DNA of 64,000 nucleotides from a candidate division WOR-3 bacterium (GTDB lineage: Bacteria; Hydrothermota; UBA3073): NCBI GenBank assembly GCA_023129165.1, contig JAGMCL010000060.1:7776-71775 (forward strand), written 5' to 3'. The position numbers and the translations under genes are program-made. Below are positions 20,866 through 29,007 of this stretch, in pieces. The notes beneath the pieces are model-generated. The model saw nothing but the letters and a program-made list of their open reading frames with translations, was not told the origin of the DNA and did not search any database. How positions within the stretch are numbered: position 1 is the first letter of the stretch; each line of letters starts with the position of its first letter.

Positions 20866-21123
20866 AACAATCTCTCTCTCATTTCGTAACCCAGATCTCT
20901 CCATCTGTTACTATTATAGCACAAACTTAAGAAAAATCAAGAAAAATCTTGATTGAGTGTTTGATTCTTTTGTCAGAGTTAAGGCGTTGAGAAGATTAAA
21001 AGTGTTATTTGAGGAAGTGTTTTTCGGGAATCTGTCTGGCTTTCGATATCTTGAACAGCATGGACAAATTGCGAATCATCTCATGTATCAGTAAGGTTCG
21101 ATTATGCTGGTGTTATAGACGCA

Positions 21124-21176
21124 ATTTAACATCAATTGAATTTGATGTAGCGTCAGCTATATTTGCTTTATTAGGC
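21124..21176 (-). other. Degenerate/chimeric attC site
   Basis: Minus: GCCTAATAAAGCAAATATAGCTGACGCT (typical attC left arm) joined to ...TTCAATTGAT-GTTAAAT. Confidence 0.5.
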
Positions 21177-21212
21177 GGAATTATAAAATGGGTTACTTGT
21201 GGAATGGTATCT

Positions 21213-21854
21213 CTATGCTAAATATAGCTCAAGATTTTCCATTAAAACAAAATCTTTTCTAATTTCTATTGATTCACCTGACTCTACTCCAGTAAGTTTT
21301 GCTATAATGGTTCCTTTTCCATCTAAAGTAAATAGTTTTGGGATCAAGTGGAAACGAAAAACTTGATTTGGTTTAAGAACATATATATTGGTATGATCCC
21401 AAATCATTTTAGTGTCATTTTGTGGAAAAAATTTTGTTATCTCAACTAATCTCTTATGGTCGTTGCGATCTTTGTAGAGTATCTTTATATCTACATCTTT
21501 CGCAACCTCAGTACCTACATAGTGCATTTCAACTGCATAGGATGGTGGATTTATGTAAGGATATATCAATAGCGAATGTTCATTGATTGCTGATATTTCC
21601 GAATGTTCATTGATTGCTGATATTTCTTTGTTTAGCTTTCTATAGAGGAAAAAATTCGCCAATAGGAATGATAGAAGAAATATTGTTCCACCAACCTGCC
21701 TAATTAGCATTACATCTCTGATTAATTTCTCCGCTATATTTGGACAAAAGAAAAGGATTATCCCCAAAATGCTAAAGGATGTAAAAAGCCATTGTAAACC
21801 GCTTGCGAAAACGTTTATAAAATATGACCAAAAATCAGAAAGGAAATCTTTCAT
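21213..21854 (-). CDS. Cassette-borne hypothetical membrane protein (two N-terminal TM segments)
   Basis: Single ORF between attC sites; contains a 27-bp in-frame tandem duplication (EISAINEHS x2). Confidence 0.65.
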   Translation of the reverse strand: MKDFLSDFWSYFINVFASGLQWLFTSFSILGIILFFCPNIAEKLIRDVMLIRQVGGTIFLLSFLLANFFLYRKLNKEISAINEHSEISAINEHSLLIYPYINPPSYAVEMHYVGTEVAKDVDIKILYKDRNDHKRLVEITKFFPQNDTKMIWDHTNIYVLKPNQVFRFHLIPKLFTLDGKGTIIAKLTGVESGESIEIRKDFVLMENLELYLA

Positions 21855-21910
21855 TGAATTTACCTTTTTAGAGTTGCGAGGTAATAACTACTCGGTTTCG
21901 GGATTTTTCC

Positions 21911-21966
21911 ACCTAACGTCTGAGCTAAATTGCGCTGAAAGTGTCAGGTTAAGCGATTTGTTATAT
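21911..21966 (-). other. attC site
   Basis: Minus: ATATAAC-AAATCGCTTAACCTGAC...GCAATTTAGCTCAGAC-GTTAGGT, with the R''/L''/L'/R' layout. Confidence 0.8.
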
Positions 21967-22014
21967 TGTGAGGTGTTATAATAAGCAATCATTCCCGTAA
22001 TCAAGGGGTAAATT

Positions 22015-22291
22015 ATGACAGATAAAGATATGGTTCTAGTTGAGTAGCATGATACCACGTTTTTCTCCGTTACATACGACTAGGAAGCAATCCATGGACA
22101 TAGGATGGCTTTTTTTCAGAAGTCTGGGCTATCTAATTGCAAGGGATAATGTTACTATAGCCATCGCTGCTGAACAGAATGACCAAAAGAAATACAGGGA
22201 TATAACTCTGATTCCTAGTGGTTCAATTATATCCATTAGTAAGCTAGTAGCCAGCCCTTCTATGGAGTTCGTCGTGCTCTTTTATTGTTAG
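22015..22291 (+). pseudogene. Small phage-type hypothetical gene, inactivated
   Basis: AAGGGG RBS; MTDKDMVLVE*HD...RSLGYLIARD...RDITLIPSGSIISISKL with in-frame TAGs at 22045 and 22081 and a frameshift in a T7 tract. Confidence 0.5.
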
Positions 22292-22435
22292 CACTCTTAG
22301 GTTACGAGGATCGTTGTTATTTGTATTACGATCTTTATGATGTATCTCCAAGTTGGTGATACGATGCACTCTGCCATCTTTGTCTGAACGACGCCTAATG
22401 ATTGCCTCTTTCTGAGATGATGATAATAGTGACAT
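22244..22435 (-). CDS. Minimal HNH endonuclease-like protein (63 aa)
   Basis: EIHHKDRNTNNNDPRNLRVLTIKEHDELH; AGGAG RBS and its own TTGCAT-16-TATAAT (TG-extended) promoter. Confidence 0.7.
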   Translation of the reverse strand: MSLLSSSQKEAIIRRRSDKDGRVHRITNLEIHHKDRNTNNNDPRNLRVLTIKEHDELHRRAGY

Positions 22436-22538
22436 TTCTAGTTACTCCTATTGTTATTATTCAGGCACTCGATTATAGCACTTAAATAGATAAATGCAAT
22501 CCTTGTGCTTGTAAACAACTTCATATTATTAGTTCACA

Positions 22539-22570
22539 TTATAACATAGGTTTAGCTAATGATAAATTAA
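22539..22570 (-). other. Second attI-like core (…TAAACCTAT-GTTATAA)
   Basis: Shares ATAACATAGGTTTA and GCTAA..TAAATTAA with 23875-23908. Confidence 0.45.
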
Positions 22571-22695
22571 GAATTCGATCATACTTTTTCATTTTGTTGG
22601 ACATTTTCCAAATTACAGTTTTGTGCCAAATAAATACCAGAAAAATAATTCCAAAACAAATATAATAAGGTGTTATAGCACCTCCTTTAGAATTT

Positions 22696-22766
22696 GCATA
22701 ACGGAAAGCTCACCGACGCTATGGAGCGCCAGGGTAATAGCTGTCAGGTGTAGTGATTTGTTAGCT
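22696..22766 (-). other. attC site
   Basis: Minus: AGCTAAC-AAATCACTACACCTGAC...GTCGGTGAGCTTTCC-GTTATGC, 2 bp after the stop codon of the protease gene. Confidence 0.85.
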
Positions 22767-22768
22767 AT

Positions 22769-23671
22769 TTATCTTTTAACAACAATTTGTTGAACACTTT
22801 GGATAAATGCTATACCGTTATGATTTTCTATTATTTTTATTGCATTAGTTGCTCCAAGAGTGTGAATACAAGCATGGTGGACTGAAAGCACCGCCTCTTG
22901 TAGTTTGGGATCATCTTCAAGTGGAATAATGTTTAAGCCAATCTCCTTACATTTTTCTACTGATAAATGTCTAGCATGAGATTTAAGTAAAGCAAGATTG
23001 CCTAATTCTTCTATTATATTTTCTATAAGGTTTTCTGCGTCTTTTTTTGTAGCAAGCATACCAGAAAGCAGCCATTCTTTAACCATTTCGTTTGACCAAT
23101 CAATCGCTTTTTCGCATTCACCTATGAGTGTTGGCGTATATTTTGCTATTATTGGTTGCCATACAGCGGCTTTTTTGGGGTCTGAGCAAATTTCTAAATA
23201 CGCACGCTTGAATTCTTCAACTACACCATGAGCAGGAATTCCTCTGAATTGAGGATCTATTGGTCCAAGACTAGATTGTTTACCCATGATTATCTCTTTG
23301 CAAGCACAAGCAATCATTGTTCCAGCTGACATTGCTAGTTGAGGTATAATAGCACGAATATTTGTCCCGAACATCGAATGAAGATAATCTACTATAGATT
23401 CCATTGCCGAGGTTTCCCCGCCAGGTGTATGTAAAAGTAAATCCAATCCCTTACTACGATTTAACCCATGAATAACTGTCATAAAGCCATTTTTGTCCGC
23501 ATCATTTACGTGTATATTAGGGGCATCTGGTTTTTGCAACCACCCTGAATAATAAATTATTACATTTCTCATAGTTACCTTCTGCAGTTTCTTTAGATAT
23601 TTCCTGCGTATAATATCATGGGTGCTTCCCGCTCTACTTATTTCATGTAATATATTATGCCAATTAGGCAT
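22769..23671 (-). CDS. SDH/S49-type ClpP-fold serine peptidase
   Basis: LDLLLHTPGG, AMSAGTMIA (catalytic Ser), SLGPIDPQ and SHARHLS motifs. Confidence 0.85.
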   Translation of the reverse strand: MPNWHNILHEISRAGSTHDIIRRKYLKKLQKVTMRNVIIYYSGWLQKPDAPNIHVNDADKNGFMTVIHGLNRSKGLDLLLHTPGGETSAMESIVDYLHSMFGTNIRAIIPQLAMSAGTMIACACKEIIMGKQSSLGPIDPQFRGIPAHGVVEEFKRAYLEICSDPKKAAVWQPIIAKYTPTLIGECEKAIDWSNEMVKEWLLSGMLATKKDAENLIENIIEELGNLALLKSHARHLSVEKCKEIGLNIIPLEDDPKLQEAVLSVHHACIHTLGATNAIKIIENHNGIAFIQSVQQIVVKR

Positions 23672-23840
23672 TTCCTCCTCCTTTTATAGCGTGAGTACTA
23701 ATATCCAATCTAATAAATATTTGCTTTTTTTCTGTTGCTTCTAATTCTTTCTCTTCTAATTTTAAAAATTTTTCACGTTTTTTCTCTGTTCCCAAACCTA
23801 TTTCTGTGAACATTTTTTTTAATTCTTTCTTTGATCGCAT
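23664..23840 (-). CDS. 58-aa charged protein translationally coupled to the ClpP-fold peptidase (not in ORF track)
   Basis: MRSKKELKKMFTEIGLGTEKKREKFLKLEEKELEATEKKQIFIRLDISTHAIKGGGNA*; AGGAGG RBS; stop overlaps the next ATG (ATGCCTAA). Confidence 0.65.
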   Translation of the reverse strand: MRSKKELKKMFTEIGLGTEKKREKFLKLEEKELEATEKKQIFIRLDISTHAIKGGGNA

Positions 23841-23874
23841 TTATTTATCCTCCTAATTTCATTAATAAATTTTC

Positions 23875-23908
23875 ATATAACATAGGTTTATTTGTGCTAA
23901 TAAATTAA
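23875..23908 (-). other. attI-like core (AAATAAA-CCTAT-GTTATAT) at the head of the array
   Basis: 7-bp box, 5-bp spacer, GTT crossover; no attC-type palindrome; immediately before the first cassette. Confidence 0.5.
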
Positions 23909-23991
23909 CAATCATGGCTAATCTTAACTGTATAAATCCTCTCTTACTTATTCTTTTTACTTAATCATTCTCTTAATTTGTTGGTAATTAC

Positions 23992-24020
23992 ATCATACTG
24001 GAAAAACACCAACTTGTCAA
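23992..24020 (-). promoter_or_regulatory. Pc-like promoter TTGACA-17-TATGAT reading into the cassette array
   Basis: Near-consensus sigma70 boxes about 110 bp upstream of the attI-like crossover. Confidence 0.6.
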
Positions 24021-24127
24021 GTTTTTTCTGTTGACTCTAACATCCTAAAGTTTGGTCCTCCTGCCAGATTGGTACTATCTGTGTAAGAAGGTATAAGTAA
24101 GCATGCTCTCGTATAAACGAAATTTCC

Positions 24128-24206
24128 TTGACAATTTATTTTAAATATGGTAGAATACAACAACATCAAACATAATTACTATATTATATGACTTTTCAAA
24201 AGTCAT
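24128..24206 (+). promoter_or_regulatory. Divergent promoter TTGACA-17-TAGAAT followed by perfect palindrome ATGACTTTTCAAAAGTCAT
   Basis: Consensus boxes at 24128-24156; 9-bp inverted repeat at 24188-24206. Confidence 0.5.
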
Positions 24207-24832
24207 TTTAACAGGGTAAGAGAGATTCTTTTTTTATTTTTAATATTCAACAGGGACTTTAACGAGACTTGCAAGAGAATAAAAAATATAAAGAAATTTT
24301 TATCTCTTAAATTCTATTATTTGTCTGCAATAGGCAGGTAAATCCCTGTATAACAAAAGTTTCTGTCATTGCGTGGCAATCTCATTATTAATTACCAATC
24401 CTTTATCGCTTTGGAGTACATTACCCTGGTAATGTAAAACAACAATACTATTCTAAAAACAAATTCACATAAAATGCGATTGCTTCACCTACAGTTCGCA
24501 ATGACAAGTTGTTGTATGCGATTGCTTCGTCGTTAATACTCCTCGCAATGACATGGAGAAAAGAGTTTAAATATCCTGCTGTGAAAGGTGGGAATATTAT
24601 ACAGTTATAATGAATATTAGGTAGTGTCAAAAATAATACGAAAGAATAAGAAAGCGAAAATGTAGGGGTTTGATTTATCGAACCCACAAAAGAAACGGGT
24701 CGGATAAATCCGACCCCTACAAGAATCAGGGGGAGGCAAGTCAAAAATTGATAACTATATAAAAAACAGTGGATTAAGAGAAAATTCATAAAAGATTTTT
24801 GACAATACTTATTTATTCAACCAGGAGGAGAT

Positions 24833-25264
24833 ATGTCTGAAAAATTAGAAGTCCTGAAAAACGAGGTTTGGGGTTATTTCAAACCTATCCAGTTCATCTA
24901 TTTAGCAACCTGTGAGGGAAATAAGCCAAGGGTTAGACCTGTAACTCTGGTATATTTCAATGATAAATTCTGGGTTGCAACTGGAATGAAAGCTGCAAAA
25001 ACAAAACAGATAAAAGAGAATGAAAACATCGAATTCTGTATTTTGTTGAAAAAAGGTGAAAACAGTGGATACATCAGGGGAGCCGGGATAGCTAATATCA
25101 TCAAGGACAGAGAAACAAAGAAACTAGTGGCAAATAATATTTCCTTTTTTAAGGATTACTGGGAAGACTCAGATGACCCGAATTTTGCTCTACTGGAAAT
25201 TGTTATTAAAGGGATTGAGTATCTAAAACCAGGAGAATTTTCTGCAGAAAGATTTTCAGTATAA
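24833..25264 (+). CDS. Pyridoxamine 5'-phosphate oxidase-like FMN-binding protein
   Basis: YLATCEGNKPRVRPV, K.KQIKENENIEF, W..SDDPNF motifs. Confidence 0.8.
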   Translation: MSEKLEVLKNEVWGYFKPIQFIYLATCEGNKPRVRPVTLVYFNDKFWVATGMKAAKTKQIKENENIEFCILLKKGENSGYIRGAGIANIIKDRETKKLVANNISFFKDYWEDSDDPNFALLEIVIKGIEYLKPGEFSAERFSV

Positions 25265-25309
25265 AAGAGATATACCTACCCTACTTATAAGGAGCGACAG
25301 TTTGAAAAT

Positions 25310-25483
25310 GGGGTCAGGCTAAGAGATAAGAGATAATTACTTGACATAAAGAGAAAGTTATGGTAGTTTTGTAATATGCTTAGAAAACTGAGGATAGAAT
25401 ATGAAGGAGTTTTTTTGTTATGTGATATCTCGTGGTAAAAGGAGTGAGTTTATATTCTATCTCTTATCTCTTAGCCTGACCCC
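25310..25483 (+). mobile_element. 174-bp RAYT-derived miniature element, second family, copy 2
   Basis: Near-identical to 19448-19621; internal TTGACA-17-TAGTTT promoter. Confidence 0.75.
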
Positions 25484-25530
25484 CATTTTTTCCTTGACAA
25501 CTACATAAAATTATGATATAATGAATACCT

Positions 25531-26631
25531 ATGTTCTATATTATAGCCATACTCTTATCGATTTCCCCTCCTGGTGATGTACGGGCATACGATACACCAA
25601 ATGATGACGGTCAATGTATAACTGTCGAGTGGGACTTATCAACCGATGATGATTTATTGGGTGGTTACGAGATATGGAGAAGTGAAACTCCAGATACAGG
25701 TTTTATAATGGTCGGGTTTGTAGGAAGGGGTATATCACGGTTCAGAGATAGAGACGGCTTAGAAAATAGAATCGAATATTACTATAGGATGAGGGGGCGT
25801 ACAAGAGAATTCGAACACACCGAATTTTGTCTTGTGTCTCCACCAGCGGTCTGTACCTACCAATGGTTTAATACTAACAAGATCAATGTCCTTGTTGCAC
25901 TTGCAATCTTCCTGTCAATTCTACTATATTTTGTTAGAACCGCAAAAAAGGGCAAGGGTTTCTTTGTTAGGAAGATTGCAGGACTGGATGCAGTTGATGA
26001 AGCCGTTGGCAGGGCTACTGAGATGGGCAGAGGTGTTCTATATGTTCCAGGACTATCTACTATGTCTGATGTAGCGACTATTGCATCGATAAACATATTA
26101 CAGAGAGTTGCAAAGAAGGTTGCAGAATACGATACACCTCTTATAGTACCAAACAGGGACCCAATAGTATATATGGTAGCAAGACAGGTTGTTAAAGAGG
26201 GTTATATGGAGGCAGGAAAACCGGATTCTTTTGATGAAGATAATGTCTTCTTCGTTACACAGAGTCAATTCGCATATGCCGCAGCTGTAGATGGTATAAT
26301 GTTAAGAGAAAAACCTGCCACAAACCTATTCTTAGGAATGTTCTGGGCAGAATCACTCCTTTTGGCTGAGACAGGGCATATGACAGGTGCTGTACAGATA
26401 GCAGGCACAGATGCAGTACATCAGCTTCCTTTCTTTGTTACTGCCTGTGATTACACAATCATAGGCGAGGAACTGTATGCAGCATCTGCCTATCTCTCTA
26501 AAGAACCTATCTTGTTGGGTAGTATAAAGGCGCAGGACTGGGGAAAACTAATTATCCTACTTCTGGTAATAGTGGGGATTATAGGGAGTATATTTGGAAC
26601 TCATTTTATTGCAAACCTTCTTACAGTATAA
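25531..26631 (+). CDS. FN3 + DUF6754-like membrane protein
   Basis: AYDTPNDDG FN3-like region; RKIAGLDAVDEAVGRATEMG, AESLLLAE, QLPFFVTACDYTIIGEELYAASAYL. Confidence 0.7.
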   Translation: MFYIIAILLSISPPGDVRAYDTPNDDGQCITVEWDLSTDDDLLGGYEIWRSETPDTGFIMVGFVGRGISRFRDRDGLENRIEYYYRMRGRTREFEHTEFCLVSPPAVCTYQWFNTNKINVLVALAIFLSILLYFVRTAKKGKGFFVRKIAGLDAVDEAVGRATEMGRGVLYVPGLSTMSDVATIASINILQRVAKKVAEYDTPLIVPNRDPIVYMVARQVVKEGYMEAGKPDSFDEDNVFFVTQSQFAYAAAVDGIMLREKPATNLFLGMFWAESLLLAETGHMTGAVQIAGTDAVHQLPFFVTACDYTIIGEELYAASAYLSKEPILLGSIKAQDWGKLIILLLVIVGIIGSIFGTHFIANLLTV

Positions 26632-26666
26632 AACCTTCCTTCACACTTCCAATTAACAAAAGAATT

Positions 26667-27539
26667 CTAAAAGACAATTTTAATGTAGGAACTTTTATAT
26701 ATCACTTCCTCGTAACCTGCTGTATTTATTACGGCATATTTTGGTATTATAAGTCTCTCTAAAAACCACCCTCCTAATACCCTGGATCTCTTGCTTGATA
26801 GTAACTCATTCTTTGAATAAACCTCAATAGCAAGCTTAGTCTTGAAATTTTGTCTTATTATATCTGCTGTTTCTTCAAGCAGAATGATACCATCTTCAGT
26901 TATCCTGTCAGAATTCTCCTTAAATACCATATTGCCATTGAGAAGAATTATCCACACTCCCTTATCCTTATAAAGGATACCTTTCAGCACAATCTCCCTC
27001 CCAACAACCCTCGATATATTTCCAAGTTTATCATAAGCCTCGCCACTGTATATATAAACTATACCTGGATTCATCATCACTCCCTCATTACTCCTGCCAT
27101 CCCAGTATATAGTTCTTGGGGGAGCACCCTCACCTTCGTAACTTCTAAACTCCGTACCTTTTTCATCTGTTATTACCATCTTCCATATTCTCACATCATA
27201 TCCATAGACAGGGTTAAATAAGGCTACATAATCTCTGACAATTTTTTTGAGCCAGGGTTTAATTATTTGATCTGAGGCGAGCACAGGAAGTGGACTGGAT
27301 GCAATCTCTGAGTTTGAAAGAAGCTGACTATCATATATGTACTCCTCTTCGCCAATAAATGGTATTACTGTCTCATAGGGGTCGAAATCGAGCTCAATTT
27401 GAGGTTTCTTCTCAGCTATAACACCCTTGTATTCTCCCCTTATCTCTTCCTCAACCTTTTCTTCATCCTGTGCTGTTAGATAAAAGACAAACGTAATCAA
27501 GATAAGAGAACTTACTATAAATACTATTCTACTCCTCAT
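26667..27539 (-). CDS. Periplasmic protein with FlgD-like (WDG) domain and degenerate OmpA-like C-terminus
   Basis: WKMVITDEKG...PPRTIYWDGR; VFKENSDRI...LEETADII...LSSKRS, lacking the GHTD motif. Confidence 0.55.
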   Translation of the reverse strand: MRSRIVFIVSSLILITFVFYLTAQDEEKVEEEIRGEYKGVIAEKKPQIELDFDPYETVIPFIGEEEYIYDSQLLSNSEIASSPLPVLASDQIIKPWLKKIVRDYVALFNPVYGYDVRIWKMVITDEKGTEFRSYEGEGAPPRTIYWDGRSNEGVMMNPGIVYIYSGEAYDKLGNISRVVGREIVLKGILYKDKGVWIILLNGNMVFKENSDRITEDGIILLEETADIIRQNFKTKLAIEVYSKNELLSSKRSRVLGGWFLERLIIPKYAVINTAGYEEVIYKSSYIKIVF

Positions 27540-27588
27540 ATAATCATTCCTCCAATAACACTGTTATGTGATTAACTATGACCTATGC

Positions 27589-28542
27589 CTAACCTGATAC
27601 AAGTATATATCTAAAGGTTATCGTTCCTGTATGAGTTATAGGACAGCTTTCCCATCTCCATTTAGCAAGTGTCTTCATAACCAGATTATCCCAATCACTA
27701 TACCCGGAAGTATGAATAATTAGCATTTCGGGTTTTGGCTTACCATCGGGACCAACAGTAACTCTCACCGTCACGACAGCAGATAATCCTCTTTTAAGTG
27801 CCCAATCAGGATAGGAAGAAAGGGGCTTCTTTAAAAGCTTTCTCTCAGCAAGAGCCCCGGCTATTTCCACCTCTGTCGTTGTCTTCTTTTCTGGTGTCGT
27901 CTCTATATCTGTTGTTATTTTTTTCTTACTGAAATCTGCTGTATGCGAATCATCCTTTAACTCTGATATATCCACCTTCTCCAGTTCTATAATCTGTCCC
28001 TTACTACCAGGTGATGTAAAGAGGCCAATCTTTGCATCAAGATCCTCCCTGGTCTTGGGTAGGGCTATAGAGGGTTCTTCAAGTATCTCATTTATTGACT
28101 TACTTTCAGAACCTATACGTACTACCTCAACATCACCTGTCACATCAATGGCTTCGTAAGAATTGAGGTTTATAGTTGCCTGTATATCTGCCAGCTCCTG
28201 TATCTTACCTATATCAATCTTAGCATCTGGTGGGGCAACCTCCATGGGTCTTACTATGTCCAGTTTTTTTAACTCTGCCTCTAATTCTGGATCTATCTTC
28301 TGGCGATTTAATCTATCCCTCAGGGCATCCACAATACTCTTTGTTGGTTCTGGCTGTGATATAGGTTGGGGAGGTTCTTTTATCTTTTTCTCTTCCTCTT
28401 TCTCTTCCTTTTCTTCAATGAACTCGATTCTGTGCAATCGTGCACTCTGCTCTCTGGTTACTGACTGAACCTCAACAAAAAGAAACACACTAACATGAAT
28501 AATAAGCGAGAAAAATATATATCTTGTAAACCTTGTATTCAT
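27589..28542 (-). CDS. TonB-family energy transducer
   Basis: N-terminal TM with S..IH motif, EK/P-rich linker, C-terminal YPDWALKRG...V.VTVGPDG...SGY..D domain. Confidence 0.75.
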   Translation of the reverse strand: MNTRFTRYIFFSLIIHVSVFLFVEVQSVTREQSARLHRIEFIEEKEEKEEEKKIKEPPQPISQPEPTKSIVDALRDRLNRQKIDPELEAELKKLDIVRPMEVAPPDAKIDIGKIQELADIQATINLNSYEAIDVTGDVEVVRIGSESKSINEILEEPSIALPKTREDLDAKIGLFTSPGSKGQIIELEKVDISELKDDSHTADFSKKKITTDIETTPEKKTTTEVEIAGALAERKLLKKPLSSYPDWALKRGLSAVVTVRVTVGPDGKPKPEMLIIHTSGYSDWDNLVMKTLAKWRWESCPITHTGTITFRYILVSG

Positions 28543-28572
28543 AATAGATTTTCACAATCCTGGTATAAAAAA

Positions 28573-28986
28573 TCAATCTTTTCCCTTCTGAGTAGTTGCT
28601 ATTGATATATTATCTACACCAAGTATCTTTGTAACCTGTATCACGGAAAGAACCGTCCCATGATACACATACTCATCTGCTCTTATTAAAACAGGCATAG
28701 ACGGATTATTATCCACTGCATATTTCAAGAGCTCAATATAACCATCCCAATTTGTTTCCGTTCCTCCAGGATTGTCAGGCCATGAGATCTCTATCCTATG
28801 GTCATCTGTTATAGTTATGGATATAGCCTCTTCATTTCTCTCCTCAACTGTGTATGCAGAAGGTAACGAAACCTTGAGGCTCCCAGTCATCGATATAACC
28901 GGAATAGTCACCATGAGTGTTATGAGTATAGTGAAAGCTACATCAGAGAGCGGTGTTACATTTATACGAGCTTTCTTTACCTTCAT
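28573..28986 (-). CDS. exbD: ExbD/TolR family protein
   Basis: INVTPLSDVAFTILITLM (Asp present), VSLPSA, VLIRAD..V.HG.V..V. Confidence 0.85.
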   Translation of the reverse strand: MKVKKARINVTPLSDVAFTILITLMVTIPVISMTGSLKVSLPSAYTVEERNEEAISITITDDHRIEISWPDNPGGTETNWDGYIELLKYAVDNNPSMPVLIRADEYVYHGTVLSVIQVTKILGVDNISIATTQKGKD

Positions 28987-29007
28987 ATGATACCAAGTTG
29001 ATATTAA

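Noticed and set aside
22015-22291. TAG stop-codon reassignment
   Set aside because: TAG terminates conserved genes such as asnS and ispD, and this ORF also has a frameshift, so it is a pseudogene.
24448-24789. 113-aa ORF (likewise 4489-4758, 47821-48048, 60828-61037, 19240-19437, 21009-21221)
   Set aside because: These read through palindromic repeats or AT-rich intergenic DNA, with no RBS or recognisable motifs.
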